Shown here piece after piece: positions 1-10,800 of a stretch of DNA of 64,000 nucleotides. The notes below the pieces were generated by a model. The model saw only the letters and a program-made list of their open reading frames with translations. It was not told the DNA's origin and did no database searches. The stretch spans positions 1,343 to 65,342 of the forward strand of contig JAQUCE010000009.1 in NCBI GenBank assembly GCA_028686345.1, written 5' to 3'. Made by a program: the position numbers and the translations under genes. Every line of letters begins with the position of its first letter. Within the stretch, counting starts at the first letter, position 1. The DNA comes from Kiritimatiellia bacterium. Its GTDB lineage: Bacteria > Verrucomicrobiota > Kiritimatiellia > RFP12 > UBA1067.

Positions 1-1883
1 ACCGGCAAGCCGGGGGTGATCCTCTTGTGTCGTCTATTCTCGGTACCCGCGAGGTGATGATGCCGGTTACTTTCAGTGCTTTGACGAATATTGTCACTTT
101 TTTGCCGATGCTGTTTCTCCCTGGTTTTATCGGTAAAATATGGTTTGTAATTCCGATAGTTGTTAACCTGGTCTTCCTTATTTCGCTGATCGAGTGTGTC
201 TTTGTGCTGCCTTCGCAACTCGGCGGTCTCAAACTGGAAACTAATTTTGCGATAGCACGGGCGTATCGAAAGTTTCAGAGTGGGTTTAACCGGTTGTTTT
301 TCGGATTTGTAAATCGTATTTATCAGCCGTTGCTGAGAATTGCGGTTGACTGGCGCTATCTGGTTCTGGCGTCAGGGCTGCTGCTTTTGATCGGAACCGT
401 GGCCTACGTCAAAAGCGGACGCATCGGAATTGTGCCTATGATGAGTGTGGATGCCGACTACTCGGCCGCCACCGCTGTTCTGCCCTATGGCGCCCCGGTT
501 GAAAGCACCTTTAAAGTGCGCGACCGCCTGATTAAATCCGCTGAAAAGATTGTGGCGGAAAACGGCGGAACCAACCTCTCTTTCGGGGTTTATGCTGATG
601 TCGGACGCTCGTTTAACGGAGTTTCCGGCAGCCATGTGGTCATGGTTGAGACATATTTAACCGACCCGGATGTGCGTCCTATCTCCACCCCTGAATTCAC
701 TGAACTCTGGAAAAAAGAGTTTGGTGCGGTTGCAGGCATCGAAACTCTGCTGTTTGAGCACAATCGTGGCGGACCAGGCGGGGGGTCATCTTTGAGTATA
801 GGTCTCTCGCATCATGATATTGATATGTTGGAGGCAGCGGCCTCTGAGTTGGCAGGCAAATTGGCGGAGTTTCCCATTGTATCTGATATTGATGATGGCT
901 ACGCTGATGGAAAACCGCAGTTTAATTTCAAGATGCTGCCTGAAGGGCTGGCCCTTGGATTGACAGCCGCGGATGTGGCGCGTCAGGTGCGCTACTCTTT
1001 CTACGGGGCCGAGGCCTTCCGCCAGCAGCGGGGGCGTAATGAGATCAAGGTTATGGTGCGCCTGCCGGAGTCCGAGCGTCGTTCAGAGTATGACCTGCAG
1101 AACCTTTTAATACGCACCCCCGCCGGTACGGATGTGCCGCTGCGCGATGTAGCCTCAGCCACACGCGGTCGCGCCTATACCTCTATCAACCGGCTGGATG
1201 GACGCCGTCTGCTGACAGTTACCGCCAATGTTAATCCGCGCAGTGAGTCGGAGCATATTCTGGGCCTGATGCTCAAGGATGTCTTGCCTGAATTGAAACA
1301 GAAATACCCTGGTTTGTCACAGGTCTTCCGCGGAAGCCAGAAAGATATGCGTGAGGGGCTCGCATCTTTGTTGAAAGGGTTTATTGCCGCGCTGTTGGTG
1401 GTTTACGCCCTGCTGGCCATCCCTTTCCGAAGTTACACCCAGCCCTTGATCATTATGGCTTGTATTCCCTTTGGCATTGTGGGCGCCGTCTTGGCGCATG
1501 TGATGTTAGGCTACCCTCTCAGTATGATCAGCCTAATGGGAATTGTGGCGCTTGGGGGAGTTGTTGTGAACGACTCTCTGGTGTTGGTTGATTATGCCAA
1601 CAATGAGGTTAAGCGCGGAGTTGGAATGCGGGAGTCAATTCTCAATGCCGGTGTGCGCCGGTTCCGCCCTGTGCTGCTGACCACCCTGACCACCTTTCTG
1701 GGGCTGGCGCCGATGATCTTTGAAACCTCACGCCAGGCGCGGTTCATGATTCCTATGGCCATCTCGCTGGGCTTCGGCATTTTATTCGCTACCTTTATCA
1801 CCCTTTTTCTCGTTCCCGCTCTCTATGTGATGGTTGAAGATCTGCACAAAGCATGGGGTAAGATTTATGGTAGCAAAGGTTAA
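1..1883 (+). CDS. RND efflux transporter permease subunit (AcrB/HAE1-like), 5'-truncated by the window edge
   Basis: 618-aa ORF fragment with the typical C-terminal half of an RND pump: periplasmic porter domain followed by TM7-12 (…PFRSYTQPLIIMACIPFGIVGAVLAHVMLG…VVNDSLVLVDYAN…). The reading frame is open to position 1. Confidence 0.85.
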   Translation, partial: RQAGGDPLVSSILGTREVMMPVTFSALTNIVTFLPMLFLPGFIGKIWFVIPIVVNLVFLISLIECVFVLPSQLGGLKLETNFAIARAYRKFQSGFNRLFFGFVNRIYQPLLRIAVDWRYLVLASGLLLLIGTVAYVKSGRIGIVPMMSVDADYSAATAVLPYGAPVESTFKVRDRLIKSAEKIVAENGGTNLSFGVYADVGRSFNGVSGSHVVMVETYLTDPDVRPISTPEFTELWKKEFGAVAGIETLLFEHNRGGPGGGSSLSIGLSHHDIDMLEAAASELAGKLAEFPIVSDIDDGYADGKPQFNFKMLPEGLALGLTAADVARQVRYSFYGAEAFRQQRGRNEIKVMVRLPESERRSEYDLQNLLIRTPAGTDVPLRDVASATRGRAYTSINRLDGRRLLTVTANVNPRSESEHILGLMLKDVLPELKQKYPGLSQVFRGSQKDMREGLASLLKGFIAALLVVYALLAIPFRSYTQPLIIMACIPFGIVGAVLAHVMLGYPLSMISLMGIVALGGVVVNDSLVLVDYANNEVKRGVGMRESILNAGVRRFRPVLLTTLTTFLGLAPMIFETSRQARFMIPMAISLGFGILFATFITLFLVPALYVMVEDLHKAWGKIYGSKG

Positions 1884-2194
1884 TGGTTATGAATATTGAG
1901 AATATGACATTTGATGAGTTGCGAGTTCTAAATAAACTTGTTGTTGCACGAATGAAGGTGCTTCAGCAGATTAAAACTCAGTCGGATATGATTAAATTCA
2001 ATCTAGGGGACAGGGTGCAGTTCTATACACATGAGGGAGAGCTTGTTGTAGGCACCCTGATTAAATACAACCGAAAGACAGTTTCAGTGGCTGCGGATGG
2101 AGGCGTTCAATGGAATGTCACTCCGAGCTTGTTGAGCAATAATATCGTCAATCAGCAACACGCGGTTATCGGTAGATGCGCCTGTCAGGGTTAA
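1883..2194 (+). CDS. small hypothetical protein; start overlaps the RND stop (TAATG), suggesting translational coupling
   Basis: 103-aa ORF with no family recognised. Its start codon overlaps the stop of the preceding gene. Confidence 0.35.
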   Translation: MVMNIENMTFDELRVLNKLVVARMKVLQQIKTQSDMIKFNLGDRVQFYTHEGELVVGTLIKYNRKTVSVAADGGVQWNVTPSLLSNNIVNQQHAVIGRCACQG

Positions 2195-2541
2195 AGTCAG
2201 CGGAACACCTGCCGTGGCACTGAAAGCAGATGAAAGCTGCTTCTCATATGTTTGAGAGGTGGTTGAAAGAGTCCCGACATTGGAGCCATTAACAATTACA
2301 CCTACAGACTGACTTTGTGCCGTCACCATATTCCTTCTGCGCACCAAATTCAAAGGAGTGACTCGGAATATGGCCGACTGTGTTATTATGAACGCCGCCG
2401 AAATAAACACTGGAAGGACAAATTAAAACTATTCAACTATTAAACTGTCAACTATTATTTCGCTTGAGACTGATTGAAAAAGACGCTACCTTGTATTGGA
2501 GTTGTAAAGGGTTTTGTAATACCCCGAAAGGAGTCTAAAAA

Positions 2542-3483
2542 ATGTTGAAACAAGGTGTGATGCTTCTCGGATTCAGCATGATTGTAACGCTCGGGAGGGC
2601 CGAAATTACAGTCCTTGAGACAGACGGAGTTGTACGCGTGGAGATCAATGGTGCCCGGTTTGCAGATTATAACTACAGGGATGTTGCGCGACCGTACTTG
2701 TATCCAATCTTCGGACCAACAGGCGTGCCGATGACGCGCGACTGGCCGATGGCGGAGAACTCGAATGACTCTCAAGACCACGTACATCACAAAGGCCTGT
2801 GGTATGCACACGGAGACATTAACAACATAAACTTCTGGTCTGAACAGCAGGCTTTCGGCAAGACTCGACACACGAAGTTTATCACGCTCAAGTCGGGCAG
2901 AGACGAGGGTGTGATCAGCTCGCTCAACGACTGGGTGTCGCCCGGCGGCACCGTGATCTGCACTGATGAGCGCCTGCTTCGTTTCCGCACCGACGGTGCT
3001 GTGCGCAGCATCGACTATGAGATCACGCTGAATGCGTCACATGGCGATCTTGTCATTGGCGACACAAAGGAGGGCTGCATGTCGATTCGCGTGCCATCGA
3101 CAATGGCCGCGGGCGGCGCAAATGGAAAAGGACATATCGTCAACAGCGAAGGTTTACGAGATGGAGCGGCGTGGGGTCAGGCAGCAGCATGGGTCGATTA
3201 CTGGGGAGCGGTGCAGGATCAAATGGTCGGTATAGCGATTTTCGATCATCCTTCCAATCCGCGTCATCCAACACGTTGGCACGTGCGCACATACGGTCTT
3301 TTCGCCGCAAACCCCTTCGGATTACATCATTTTGCCAAGCAAGCTGCCGGCTCCGGCGACCTAAAAATTTCCTCTGGCAGCCACATCACCTTCCGTTATC
3401 GCTTCGTGTTTCATTCCGGTGATAATCAGCAGGCCGGAATCGCCACTCTATATAAGGAGTATTGTGACGCTACCGTAAAATAG
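2542..3483 (+). CDS. DUF6807 (PmoA-like) family secreted protein
   Basis: N-terminal signal-like segment. Motifs HHKGLWYAHGDIN…NFW and a C-terminal HPxxW…FR…F pattern typical of DUF6807 proteins, which are common in Planctomycetes/Verrucomicrobia. Confidence 0.6.
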   Translation: MLKQGVMLLGFSMIVTLGRAEITVLETDGVVRVEINGARFADYNYRDVARPYLYPIFGPTGVPMTRDWPMAENSNDSQDHVHHKGLWYAHGDINNINFWSEQQAFGKTRHTKFITLKSGRDEGVISSLNDWVSPGGTVICTDERLLRFRTDGAVRSIDYEITLNASHGDLVIGDTKEGCMSIRVPSTMAAGGANGKGHIVNSEGLRDGAAWGQAAAWVDYWGAVQDQMVGIAIFDHPSNPRHPTRWHVRTYGLFAANPFGLHHFAKQAAGSGDLKISSGSHITFRYRFVFHSGDNQQAGIATLYKEYCDATVK

Positions 3484-3603
3484 CAACTAAGAACACCGAG
3501 CTCTGGCGCGGCTCTTTGTACTACTATCATTCATATTCGTGTTTTTTGTGCACGTTTTTTATCTCTTACAAAGGCAGCACAGAGTAGAGTTCTCAGATTT
3601 TTT

Positions 3604-3808
3604 ACCCGCGAATCTCCGCGAAAGGATAAGGGTATTTCATCCCTGCTACGCAGGGTCGCTAATCGCTTGAAATACCCTTATCATAAGATCACTTTTAAAA
3701 ACATGACTTGTAATTTTAACATGGGACTCTGCGCTTTAAATTTTTATCCATTAACGACTCTCCGCAGTAGAGAAAAAATTTAAAGCGCAATATTCGCGGA
3801 GATTCGCG
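3604..3808. repeat. composite palindromic element with perfect 18-nt terminal inverted repeats (cccgcgaatctccgcgaa / ttcgcggagattcgcggg) and nested inner inverted repeats
   Basis: Read directly. Outer inverted repeats sit at ~3604-3621 and ~3791-3808. Inner inverted pairs are aaggataagggtatttca/tgaaatacccttatca and ctgcgctttaaattttt/aaaaatttaaagcgcaa. The motif cgcggagattcgcggg recurs at ~50497. Confidence 0.6.
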
Positions 3809-3823
3809 GGAGCAACGTAGATC

Positions 3824-3945
3824 TGATTTCCAATCGGAGATGTCCGGTTGGAAACCGGAGCTGCTGAGGTCGGCTGCGCCTTTGGTGGACGATTTCACGC
3901 ATGATCCCAATCGTCGGTCAACATCGTCGCACAGCATCGTCAACC
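3824..3945. repeat. dispersed repeat family R1 (tttccaatcggagatgtccggttggaaa … gatcccaatcgtcg … catcgtcgcacagcatcgtca)
   Basis: Near-identical modules recur at ~13559-13775 and ~44872-45040. Each contains a hairpin (tttccaa…ttggaaa). Confidence 0.6.
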
Positions 3946-4097
3946 AATGTCGCCCGTAGAGCGGCATTTTGCAGCAGGTTCGTGAAAGGTGCATCCCGGG
4001 GTGTAGGGTTGCTTCTACTGTGTCCGCCGTAGCCTTGGCGCAGGAGGATGAAGCAATCAGCGGCAGCCAGGTGGTTGTCCGCCAAAGGCGCGCCAAA

Positions 4098-4240
4098 GGG
4101 TTTCATTATCTTTGTTTGGCTCATCCGTCTTCAGGCTTCGCAGGAGCTACGCCCGACAAGTCGTCCCGCAACCCGGCTTCGACCGCAAGCGGGGCTACGC
4201 CGGACAAGTTCCGCCAACACTACACATTTCAACTTTAATA
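4098..4240. repeat. dispersed repeat family R3 (tttcattatctttgtttggctcatccgtcttcaggcttcgca..agctacgcccggacaagt…)
   Basis: A second copy lies at ~55860-56020 and a partial copy at ~44330-44400. Confidence 0.6.
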
Positions 4241-4339
4241 AAACCTGCAAGTCGCGCGACATGCGCAAGTGCGCTACAGGCGACGATAGACAACGTTTTG
4301 GAAAGAACAATTAATTGTTTTTCCCAGTCGCCTAAGCGA

Positions 4340-4903
4340 CTAATAAATAGAGCCGTCAGCGGCTGCATACGCTTGCAGGGTTGCAATGGCCTCAGGACGC
4401 ATTAAATCGCGGATCACGGTAATGCCGCGCGCCCTGAGGGCTGCCTGCCAGTCAGGGAGTTTGGCTCCCTCGTCAAAGCCGATCGCACGCGCGTCAGCAT
4501 CGCGCGCGCCGCAGAGCAGACGGTTGACACCAGACCAGGGAATGGCGCCAAAGCACATGGCGCACGGCTCGGTGCTGGCTGCCAGGTCATAGCTGAGCTT
4601 TCCGTTATCGCTAAGGTCAAAACGGCCGAGCACCTTCTGCGCCAGCGCCAGCGCCATCATCTCAGCGTGCAGGATGGAGCAGTTGGCTGCAGTGACAAGG
4701 TTGACCCCCGGCGCGATCAGCTGGCCTTGAGCACTGAAGACCGCCGCACCAAAGGGGCCGCCGGTTTTTTCGGCGACATTGCGGGCGGCCAGTTCAATGA
4801 CCAGGGCCATACGCGCTTCAAGGGATGGAAAAAATGTGCCCTTGGCTGCAATCAAAGGTTGCACCCAGGCAGGGAGTTCAATCGTAACAGGAGGGTAGTT
4901 CAT
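4340..4903 (-). CDS. nucleoside (cytidine/deoxycytidylate/tRNA-adenosine type) deaminase
   Basis: Zinc-binding HAE…PCAMC motifs (CSILHAEMMALALAQ…PCAMCFGAIPWSG). The start is placed at the internal Met (MNYPPVTIEL), which avoids overlap with the upstream gene. Confidence 0.75.
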   Translation of the reverse strand: MNYPPVTIELPAWVQPLIAAKGTFFPSLEARMALVIELAARNVAEKTGGPFGAAVFSAQGQLIAPGVNLVTAANCSILHAEMMALALAQKVLGRFDLSDNGKLSYDLAASTEPCAMCFGAIPWSGVNRLLCGARDADARAIGFDEGAKLPDWQAALRARGITVIRDLMRPEAIATLQAYAAADGSIY

Positions 4904-4929
4904 AGTGAGCGGTGCGCCGAGTGCGGAGG

Positions 4930-6102
4930 TTAACTGGGGTTTAGCTTCATGTAGGGACGCAGAAGTTCGTTGTTGTCGGGTATGAACCCCTTGGAGCGCC
5001 AAAGCTCTTTAAATTTGGCAGCGGTCATCACCTCAACCCCGGGAAAGGGCAGAGCGGAGTTCCTGAAAACATACTCCGCGCTCTCTTTTGAGTAACCAGT
5101 CAGCAGGATGGAGTGCGCGCTGGGGGATTGCGCGGTTGCCAGCACGTCAATCACAACCGGGCGGCCAGCATCGAGTTCGGCGGTGATTTCGCTGACACCC
5201 TTGACAAAGCCCTCATCGGTGTAGGGATGCGAGTGGATGGAGAGCGGTCGCCCGTGTTTTAAGGCGCACTCTGCCATTTCTGTCCAGCGCGAACCGTGAG
5301 TCCATTGGTGGTTTTCCCGTGAGCGGGCGAGATCAAAGTGGGAGATCTTTAAGCCGCTGGCTTTGAGCAGCATGGTGGTTGAGGCAATGGCGCAGAAATT
5401 GTGCGCCTGCTGTTCAAAGGCGGTTGGGATATAGGCGGTTAGTTGATTGGCTTGCCGCAGTTCAACTGCCCGCTGCAGGTTTTTGGCGGCGGAACACCCT
5501 TTTTTTACGAGTTGTTCTAACGCCGGCAGATCAATTTTGCTCAGCTCTTCATTAGCTTGCGCGTAGATCAGTGCCACAGCTGAGGACGTAGCTCCATTTT
5601 GCGCGGCTTGGCGCCACAGCTTGAGTGCCCTTTCCTGATCACGCTCCACCTCAATACCGCAATAGAGGATGGTTGCCAGCGAGAACGCTGCCCGCGGGGC
5701 ACCCCGGTCAGCTGCCAACTGCCACCAGTGAATCGCTTGGGTGACGGAGGGTTCGGCAGCGCGTCCATCATAGAAAATATTGCCGAGATTGCGGCAGGCC
5801 TGTGCGCTGCCGCCGGCAGCCGCCTCACGGAAGTAGCCCTCTGCGATCAGTGTGCTCTGGCGCAGGCCCAGTCCCTCCAGATAGAGCCAACCCATGTAAT
5901 CCATGCTCGCCGGGTCGCCAGCATTGACGCCTTCCAGAAACTTTCGCGCCGCGGCTGCATAATCCTTGCTTTTGACCTTCTCGTTGCCATCAGCGAAATA
6001 ATTGAGCTGGCGGTTGGCGGTTTTGTCTGCGATCAGCAAAAACGGCGTTGCGAGAATAATGGTGGCGAGAATGACAGCTGATTTCATGTTGAGTCCTTGC
6101 AT
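4930..6102 (-). CDS. secreted Sel1-repeat protein with a C-terminal papain-like (C39-like) peptidase domain
   Basis: Signal peptide. Multiple Sel1/TPR-like repeats (…MGWLYLEGLGLRQS…, …NLGNIFYDGRAAEPS…). C-terminal NFCAIASTTMLLKASG…H… arrangement resembling C39/C39-like Cys peptidases. Confidence 0.55.
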   Translation of the reverse strand: MQGLNMKSAVILATIILATPFLLIADKTANRQLNYFADGNEKVKSKDYAAAARKFLEGVNAGDPASMDYMGWLYLEGLGLRQSTLIAEGYFREAAAGGSAQACRNLGNIFYDGRAAEPSVTQAIHWWQLAADRGAPRAAFSLATILYCGIEVERDQERALKLWRQAAQNGATSSAVALIYAQANEELSKIDLPALEQLVKKGCSAAKNLQRAVELRQANQLTAYIPTAFEQQAHNFCAIASTTMLLKASGLKISHFDLARSRENHQWTHGSRWTEMAECALKHGRPLSIHSHPYTDEGFVKGVSEITAELDAGRPVVIDVLATAQSPSAHSILLTGYSKESAEYVFRNSALPFPGVEVMTAAKFKELWRSKGFIPDNNELLRPYMKLNPS

Positions 6103-6712
6103 GTTTATGGTTCCTAACTTTTCAATATGTTAATCGGTTGCAGGCTGCTTGTAAACGAGAAAATTTTAGCCTGTCCAAGAAATTCTTAGGGACAGGCACT
6201 GATTTAGTTCAAAACAATAAAGTTCCTTCTTTTGCGCTTTCTGTGCTTTTTTGCGGCTAGTACTTCTCTTTTTTACTGCGCTATATTTAGCCGCAAAAAA
6301 CGCAAAAGGCGCAAAATCTTCTCCACCTTTTTTTTAACTACGAAACACACTAAAAGCACGAAAATGAATGATAGTAGTACATAGCTCACAAAGATTGCTG
6401 CGTTGTTTTTTAGGTAAAAAACAGAGGGGTAGAAAGATCTGTTACAACCTCGTAAATTTAAGGTAAGAAAATGGGTTTCTAAACTTCTTGTTTTGCACAA
6501 CAGGAGTTGAAAGAAGAGCAACTAACGCACTCGCGCACCTCTCCACTCTGCGGCGAGCGAGGATTTAGGTTCAGTCGATAGTCTGCTTTCGTTTGAAAGC
6601 AGGCACCCAGGTGGTGTGGAGGGTCGGAATGGCGAAAAACAGCTCATTTTGTTGAATAATCGTCAAAAAAGGTGATTTAATGAAAAAAAATAAAAAAAAA
6701 TGGGTGCGTCCT

Positions 6713-6747
6713 ATTGACACCACATGGTGCATATAGTAATATGCACT
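6713..6747 (+). promoter_or_regulatory. candidate sigma70-type promoter (TTGACA-N17-TAATAT)
   Basis: ttgacaccacatggtgcatatagtaatatgca read directly. It sits in an AT-rich intergenic region with no annotated plus-strand gene downstream. Confidence 0.4.
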
Positions 6748-6865
6748 CATCAAACAGCCTTCCCCAGGTTGTTGATAAATGTGACAGCTGGCACTTCACT
6801 TCCCCCGTGCAGGTGCCACATGATTAAAAATGATCATGTATGTCACAATAATTAATATATGTCCT

Positions 6866-6912
6866 CCCTGGCGGCGGGTAAAAGATTTAAAACTTTTACC
6901 CGCCGTTTTTTT
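6866..6912 (+). terminator. strong intrinsic terminator on the plus strand (ggcgggtaaaag-loop-cttttacccgcc followed by T8)
   Basis: Perfect 12-bp stem followed by gtttttttt. The complementary strand lacks a U-tract after the hairpin, so it is plus-strand specific. Confidence 0.6.
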
Positions 6913-6915
6913 TGG

Positions 6916-7812
6916 TTAACGCCAGCGCCTATGCGCCCACAGGTATTGTTCAGGGTGGTCGCGGATAATATCACCGAGTTGTTGGTTGATGGTGGTCAGA
7001 AGCACTTTGATATCATGCTCTTTATCATCCGTTGTTTGAAAGTTGATGGGCTCGCCGCTGATGAATTTATATTGAAAAGGGGCTTCGCGGACAACGGCAC
7101 CGACAATGGCGGGTATTGCGGTACGCAGGTGGAGTCTGGCTGGTGAGGTGTGGGTGCTGGCTGGTCGGCCCAGAAAATCGACCATGATACCGGTTTTTCT
7201 TCCGGCGTGCTGATCCATCACCAGGGTCATGGCGGCGGCGGTCTCTTGCCACTCTCGAATGATAGCAGAGGTGAAGCCTTTGTTTTTGTCGACAATCTTG
7301 ATCGCGCCGCGGAAGTGGCGGTCTTTTAGGTAACGTTCAGCAAAGGGGTTATTCATCTTACGGGCGAGCGCGATCATAGGCCGGGTAAAGGAGATGATTG
7401 AGAGCGCCGCCTCCCAGACCCCCAGGTGGCCGGTCAGGATAATCAAGGGTTGATCCAATTCATCAAAGATCAAGCGCCGGCTGTTTTCAGGGATTGCGAG
7501 GGTGACATGCTCGCGCCAATTGTCCTGCTTGATTACCTGGTTGACCTTCAGTGCCTCGCAGATGTGGCCTGCCAGGTGACCGAACGCGCAGCGTGCGATT
7601 CGATCCGCTTCAGCAGGCTCAGCGGTGATGCCGGCCTGGAGGATATTGTCGACCGCCACCTTGCGGCGATTTTTAAAGATGGGGTAAAGTCCGCGCGCGA
7701 GCGACGCTCCCAGGTTGTAGGCTTTAGCTGCCGGAACAAGGTCAAAGAGCATGCCTGCGAATCGAATCAGCAGATATTGTATGTAAACGAAAAAGCGGAG
7801 GATGTATTTCAT
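6916..7812 (-). CDS. lysophospholipid/lipid A (LpxL/HtrB-like) acyltransferase family protein
   Basis: 298-aa protein with an N-terminal membrane anchor and the LpxL-family core (…NILQAGITAE…HLGVWEAA… block). Confidence 0.65.
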   Translation of the reverse strand: MKYILRFFVYIQYLLIRFAGMLFDLVPAAKAYNLGASLARGLYPIFKNRRKVAVDNILQAGITAEPAEADRIARCAFGHLAGHICEALKVNQVIKQDNWREHVTLAIPENSRRLIFDELDQPLIILTGHLGVWEAALSIISFTRPMIALARKMNNPFAERYLKDRHFRGAIKIVDKNKGFTSAIIREWQETAAAMTLVMDQHAGRKTGIMVDFLGRPASTHTSPARLHLRTAIPAIVGAVVREAPFQYKFISGEPINFQTTDDKEHDIKVLLTTINQQLGDIIRDHPEQYLWAHRRWR

Positions 7813-10800
7813 TGGGGCGCGGTTGTGTTTTTGTGCGTCAGCTCCTTTGAGAGCTGTCCTGCAAGGCTCATCAGTTGTCTGACAATCGGGCGGGGGAGGT
7901 AGTCCTCTCGCTCGAGCATGGCTGAGACAGTCATGGCTGCCTCTTCCAGGCGGCCCTGCTTGATCAGCAGGCGGATCATTGTCAGCCTGACATCATTGTC
8001 ATCCATCTTCGCTGCGTAGATGGCGCTAAAAATTTCAGAGGCTTGGTCAATTTTATCCAATGCCAGCAGAATATGTGTTTTAACATGTAAGACCTCAAGG
8101 GAGGTTGGTTCGAGAGCCAGCGCTTGTTGGATATAGCCCTCAGCGCGCGTTGCGTCGCCTTGGCGCAGTGCTGTTTCCGCCAGGCCGGTCAGTGCCGCGG
8201 CGGTTGGCTTAGCTGCAAGGCTCCTGACAAAGAAATCCTCAGCCAGATCAAGTTGATTTCTACTCAGCCTGACTCTGCCCATCAAACAGTTGGCCTGCGG
8301 GTGCTCAGGGTGGTCGATCAACACCTTGGACGCATCCTCCTCAAGAAAGGCGGGAATGCCCAGCACGGCGTCCAGATCAAGCAGCTGACTCGTGATCTCC
8401 GGCAGGTTGCTGTTGATCTCGAGTGCTTTGAGAAACGCGGCTCGGGCAGCGACATACTCCTCTTCACCCCTGTGTTTGAGAATATAACCGCGGACAACGT
8501 AAAACATATAGTGTTCCTGGTTACTGCTAGCTGAGTTCAGTGCTGGATAGACGCGGCTTTGAAGTTCAGCGAACTCGCCTTTGGAAATCAGTATCTCTGC
8601 CAGGAGCGCCCACAGGTCACTGTTGGAGGCGTGGTCAGGAATAACTTCGTTCAGCTGCTCCCGGGCCTCGTCGAGCTTGCCTTCCAGCATCAGCAGTGCC
8701 ACCTCATGCCAGATCAGCTTGGCGGGAGGAACAGCGTTCTCCTTCGCGAGATCCATCCAGAGGCCTGCCTCGGGAATATTTTTCTGCATGATGGCGACCT
8801 TGGCTTTATTGATCAGGGCAAAGTGATCTTTGTCGTCGAAGTCCAGCAGAATATTCAACTGGCTATCGGCCTCGGTTAACTCATTGGCCGCAATTTCCTT
8901 GGCCACGGCGCTATAGAGTTCCCGTTTTTTGCTGCGGATCTCGAGGATGGGGTCCAAGGCGATATCACTCTGGCTGATGGAGAGATTTTTGAACAGATTG
9001 GCTTTTGTCCAGAAGCGTTTTTTGGCGAACTCCAGCGTGGCGACATCGGCCAATGTTCCACTTCGAACTTGCAGCTCTGCGGTGGAGGTATTGAGCAGCG
9101 AGCTGCCAGTAGGGATCTCCGCCAGCTTGAGCTCGATATATTTTATTGCATCCCGGTCAATGCCAAGGTCTTTGGCAAGGTGATAACTGTTAAGAGTAAC
9201 GCTCAGGTTGCCGGGGGCGAGCAGGGCGCATTGCTTCAGGATGTCAGCTGCCTGCTGGTATTGCTTGCGCTCAATCAGTAGAATCGCGAGTTCATTGCCG
9301 GTCATGGCCAGTTGCTGGCGATAAGCGACCCTGTGATTAGCCAGCAAATTGATCTCACCTCTGACCTCAGTGAACATGTAGGGATACATGGCAGCTGAAA
9401 AATCAGTGAACTCTGTGATCAGTTTGTTGGTGTCCAGTTCGCTTCCGACAGGTAGAAGTTCCATAAAAAAGCCATGCGGCACAGCGATATATCCAAAATC
9501 AAGCAACCGTCTAGGATTGCTGAATATCGCAATCTGAGAGCAGGCCTGCGGATCAATGGTCAGCCACTCGCGCATAAATGAGAAGGGCGATATCTCAGCC
9601 GCGTTGATCAGACGGGGAAGAAAACGTCCTAGAGTAGGATCAGCTTTGATCTGCTCAATGCTCATTTGGGTGAGTTTGCCGCTGTCATTGGCGCTGGTTG
9701 AATAGAGGTTGAGCATCTGGTTGTGCTGATGCGCTGCAATCAGTATCTCGTGTTTGAGAAAGGGGATATCTAAGACCAGTTTTTTGCCTTGAAGCTGCTC
9801 GAAGAGTCGCTCCCCAACCTCATTGGTAAAGAGACCTTCGCTGGGGTCAATGTCGGTGTAACTGCGGAAGGGCACAAAGAGCGCCAGCAGCAGGAGCGGC
9901 CAACAGAGGAGAGATCCGGCCCGGCAGACAAAGGGGTTGTCGCGGTACTCATAAAAATCCAGCTCATCATCCAGCTTTTCGATGTACATCTCGCGCATCA
10001 AATGCCATACGGCAAACAACAGGCCGGCGATAAAGGCAATGATCACGTAGGAATACACGGGCACTTTCGAGATCTGGCGCGCAATTCCCCAGGGCGCGAA
10101 AGGCATATTGAGCAGAGAGGGGATCAGCATTGCAGCCAGTAGCAATTGAAGCGCAAAAAACAGAGGTTTGCGGATGGTGAAAGAGTGGCCGAAGACAAAG
10201 AAGGCGAGAATGGAGGGCAGCAGCAGCAAAACAAAGATCCGGCTCCAGCCGTAGCGCGGTATCCAGCTTGACACCTCAGAGATCATGGTGGCCTGAAACA
10301 CATTCAGGAGCGGGCGCAATGCCGGTTTCTCGATGTTGATGCACCAACTCGCCGCATTCCAAAGGATCACCATCGCCAGCGCACTTCCAGCCAGGCCGAC
10401 AATGATGCACAGCAAAACATTGCCGGTTGTGAACTGCTCGCTGAGCTTCATGGAACGGTAGAGAAACAGTACGCCGACAGGTGCCAGTATCAGAAATATG
10501 GCGGACTCAACTGAGCAGGTTGCCAGCAGGAAAATTGCAGCCAACAGGGCCAGGGATCGCCCTTTCTGGTCGTAGGAGATCACCAGATTGATCACAAGAA
10601 AAAAGAGCATCAGGTCAAAGGTGTATGGGTAGAGCCTGGTGGCTGCGAACCAGAACGGACCACTGAATGCCAGCACCGCGGCGGCGCCGAGCGCGCCCAG
10701 GATGGCAGTGTAGGAGGCCCGTTGGTTGTGCATGAGCACCTCTTCCGGAACCGATTCAACCGCGTTTTGAGAGAGCGCTCTGGCAGCCGCGCCAACTCCG

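Noticed and set aside
3716-4405. Multiple 60-130-aa ORFs on both strands
   Set aside because: They fall entirely within dispersed repeat elements (R1/R3 families) that recur in other intergenic regions. The translations are Arg/Ala/Ser-rich low complexity.
6273-6753. Minus-strand ORFs 6273..6521 and 6571..6753
   Set aside because: They lie in a very AT-rich intergenic region, with Phe/Leu/Lys-rich translations and no RBS context. They are likely non-coding.
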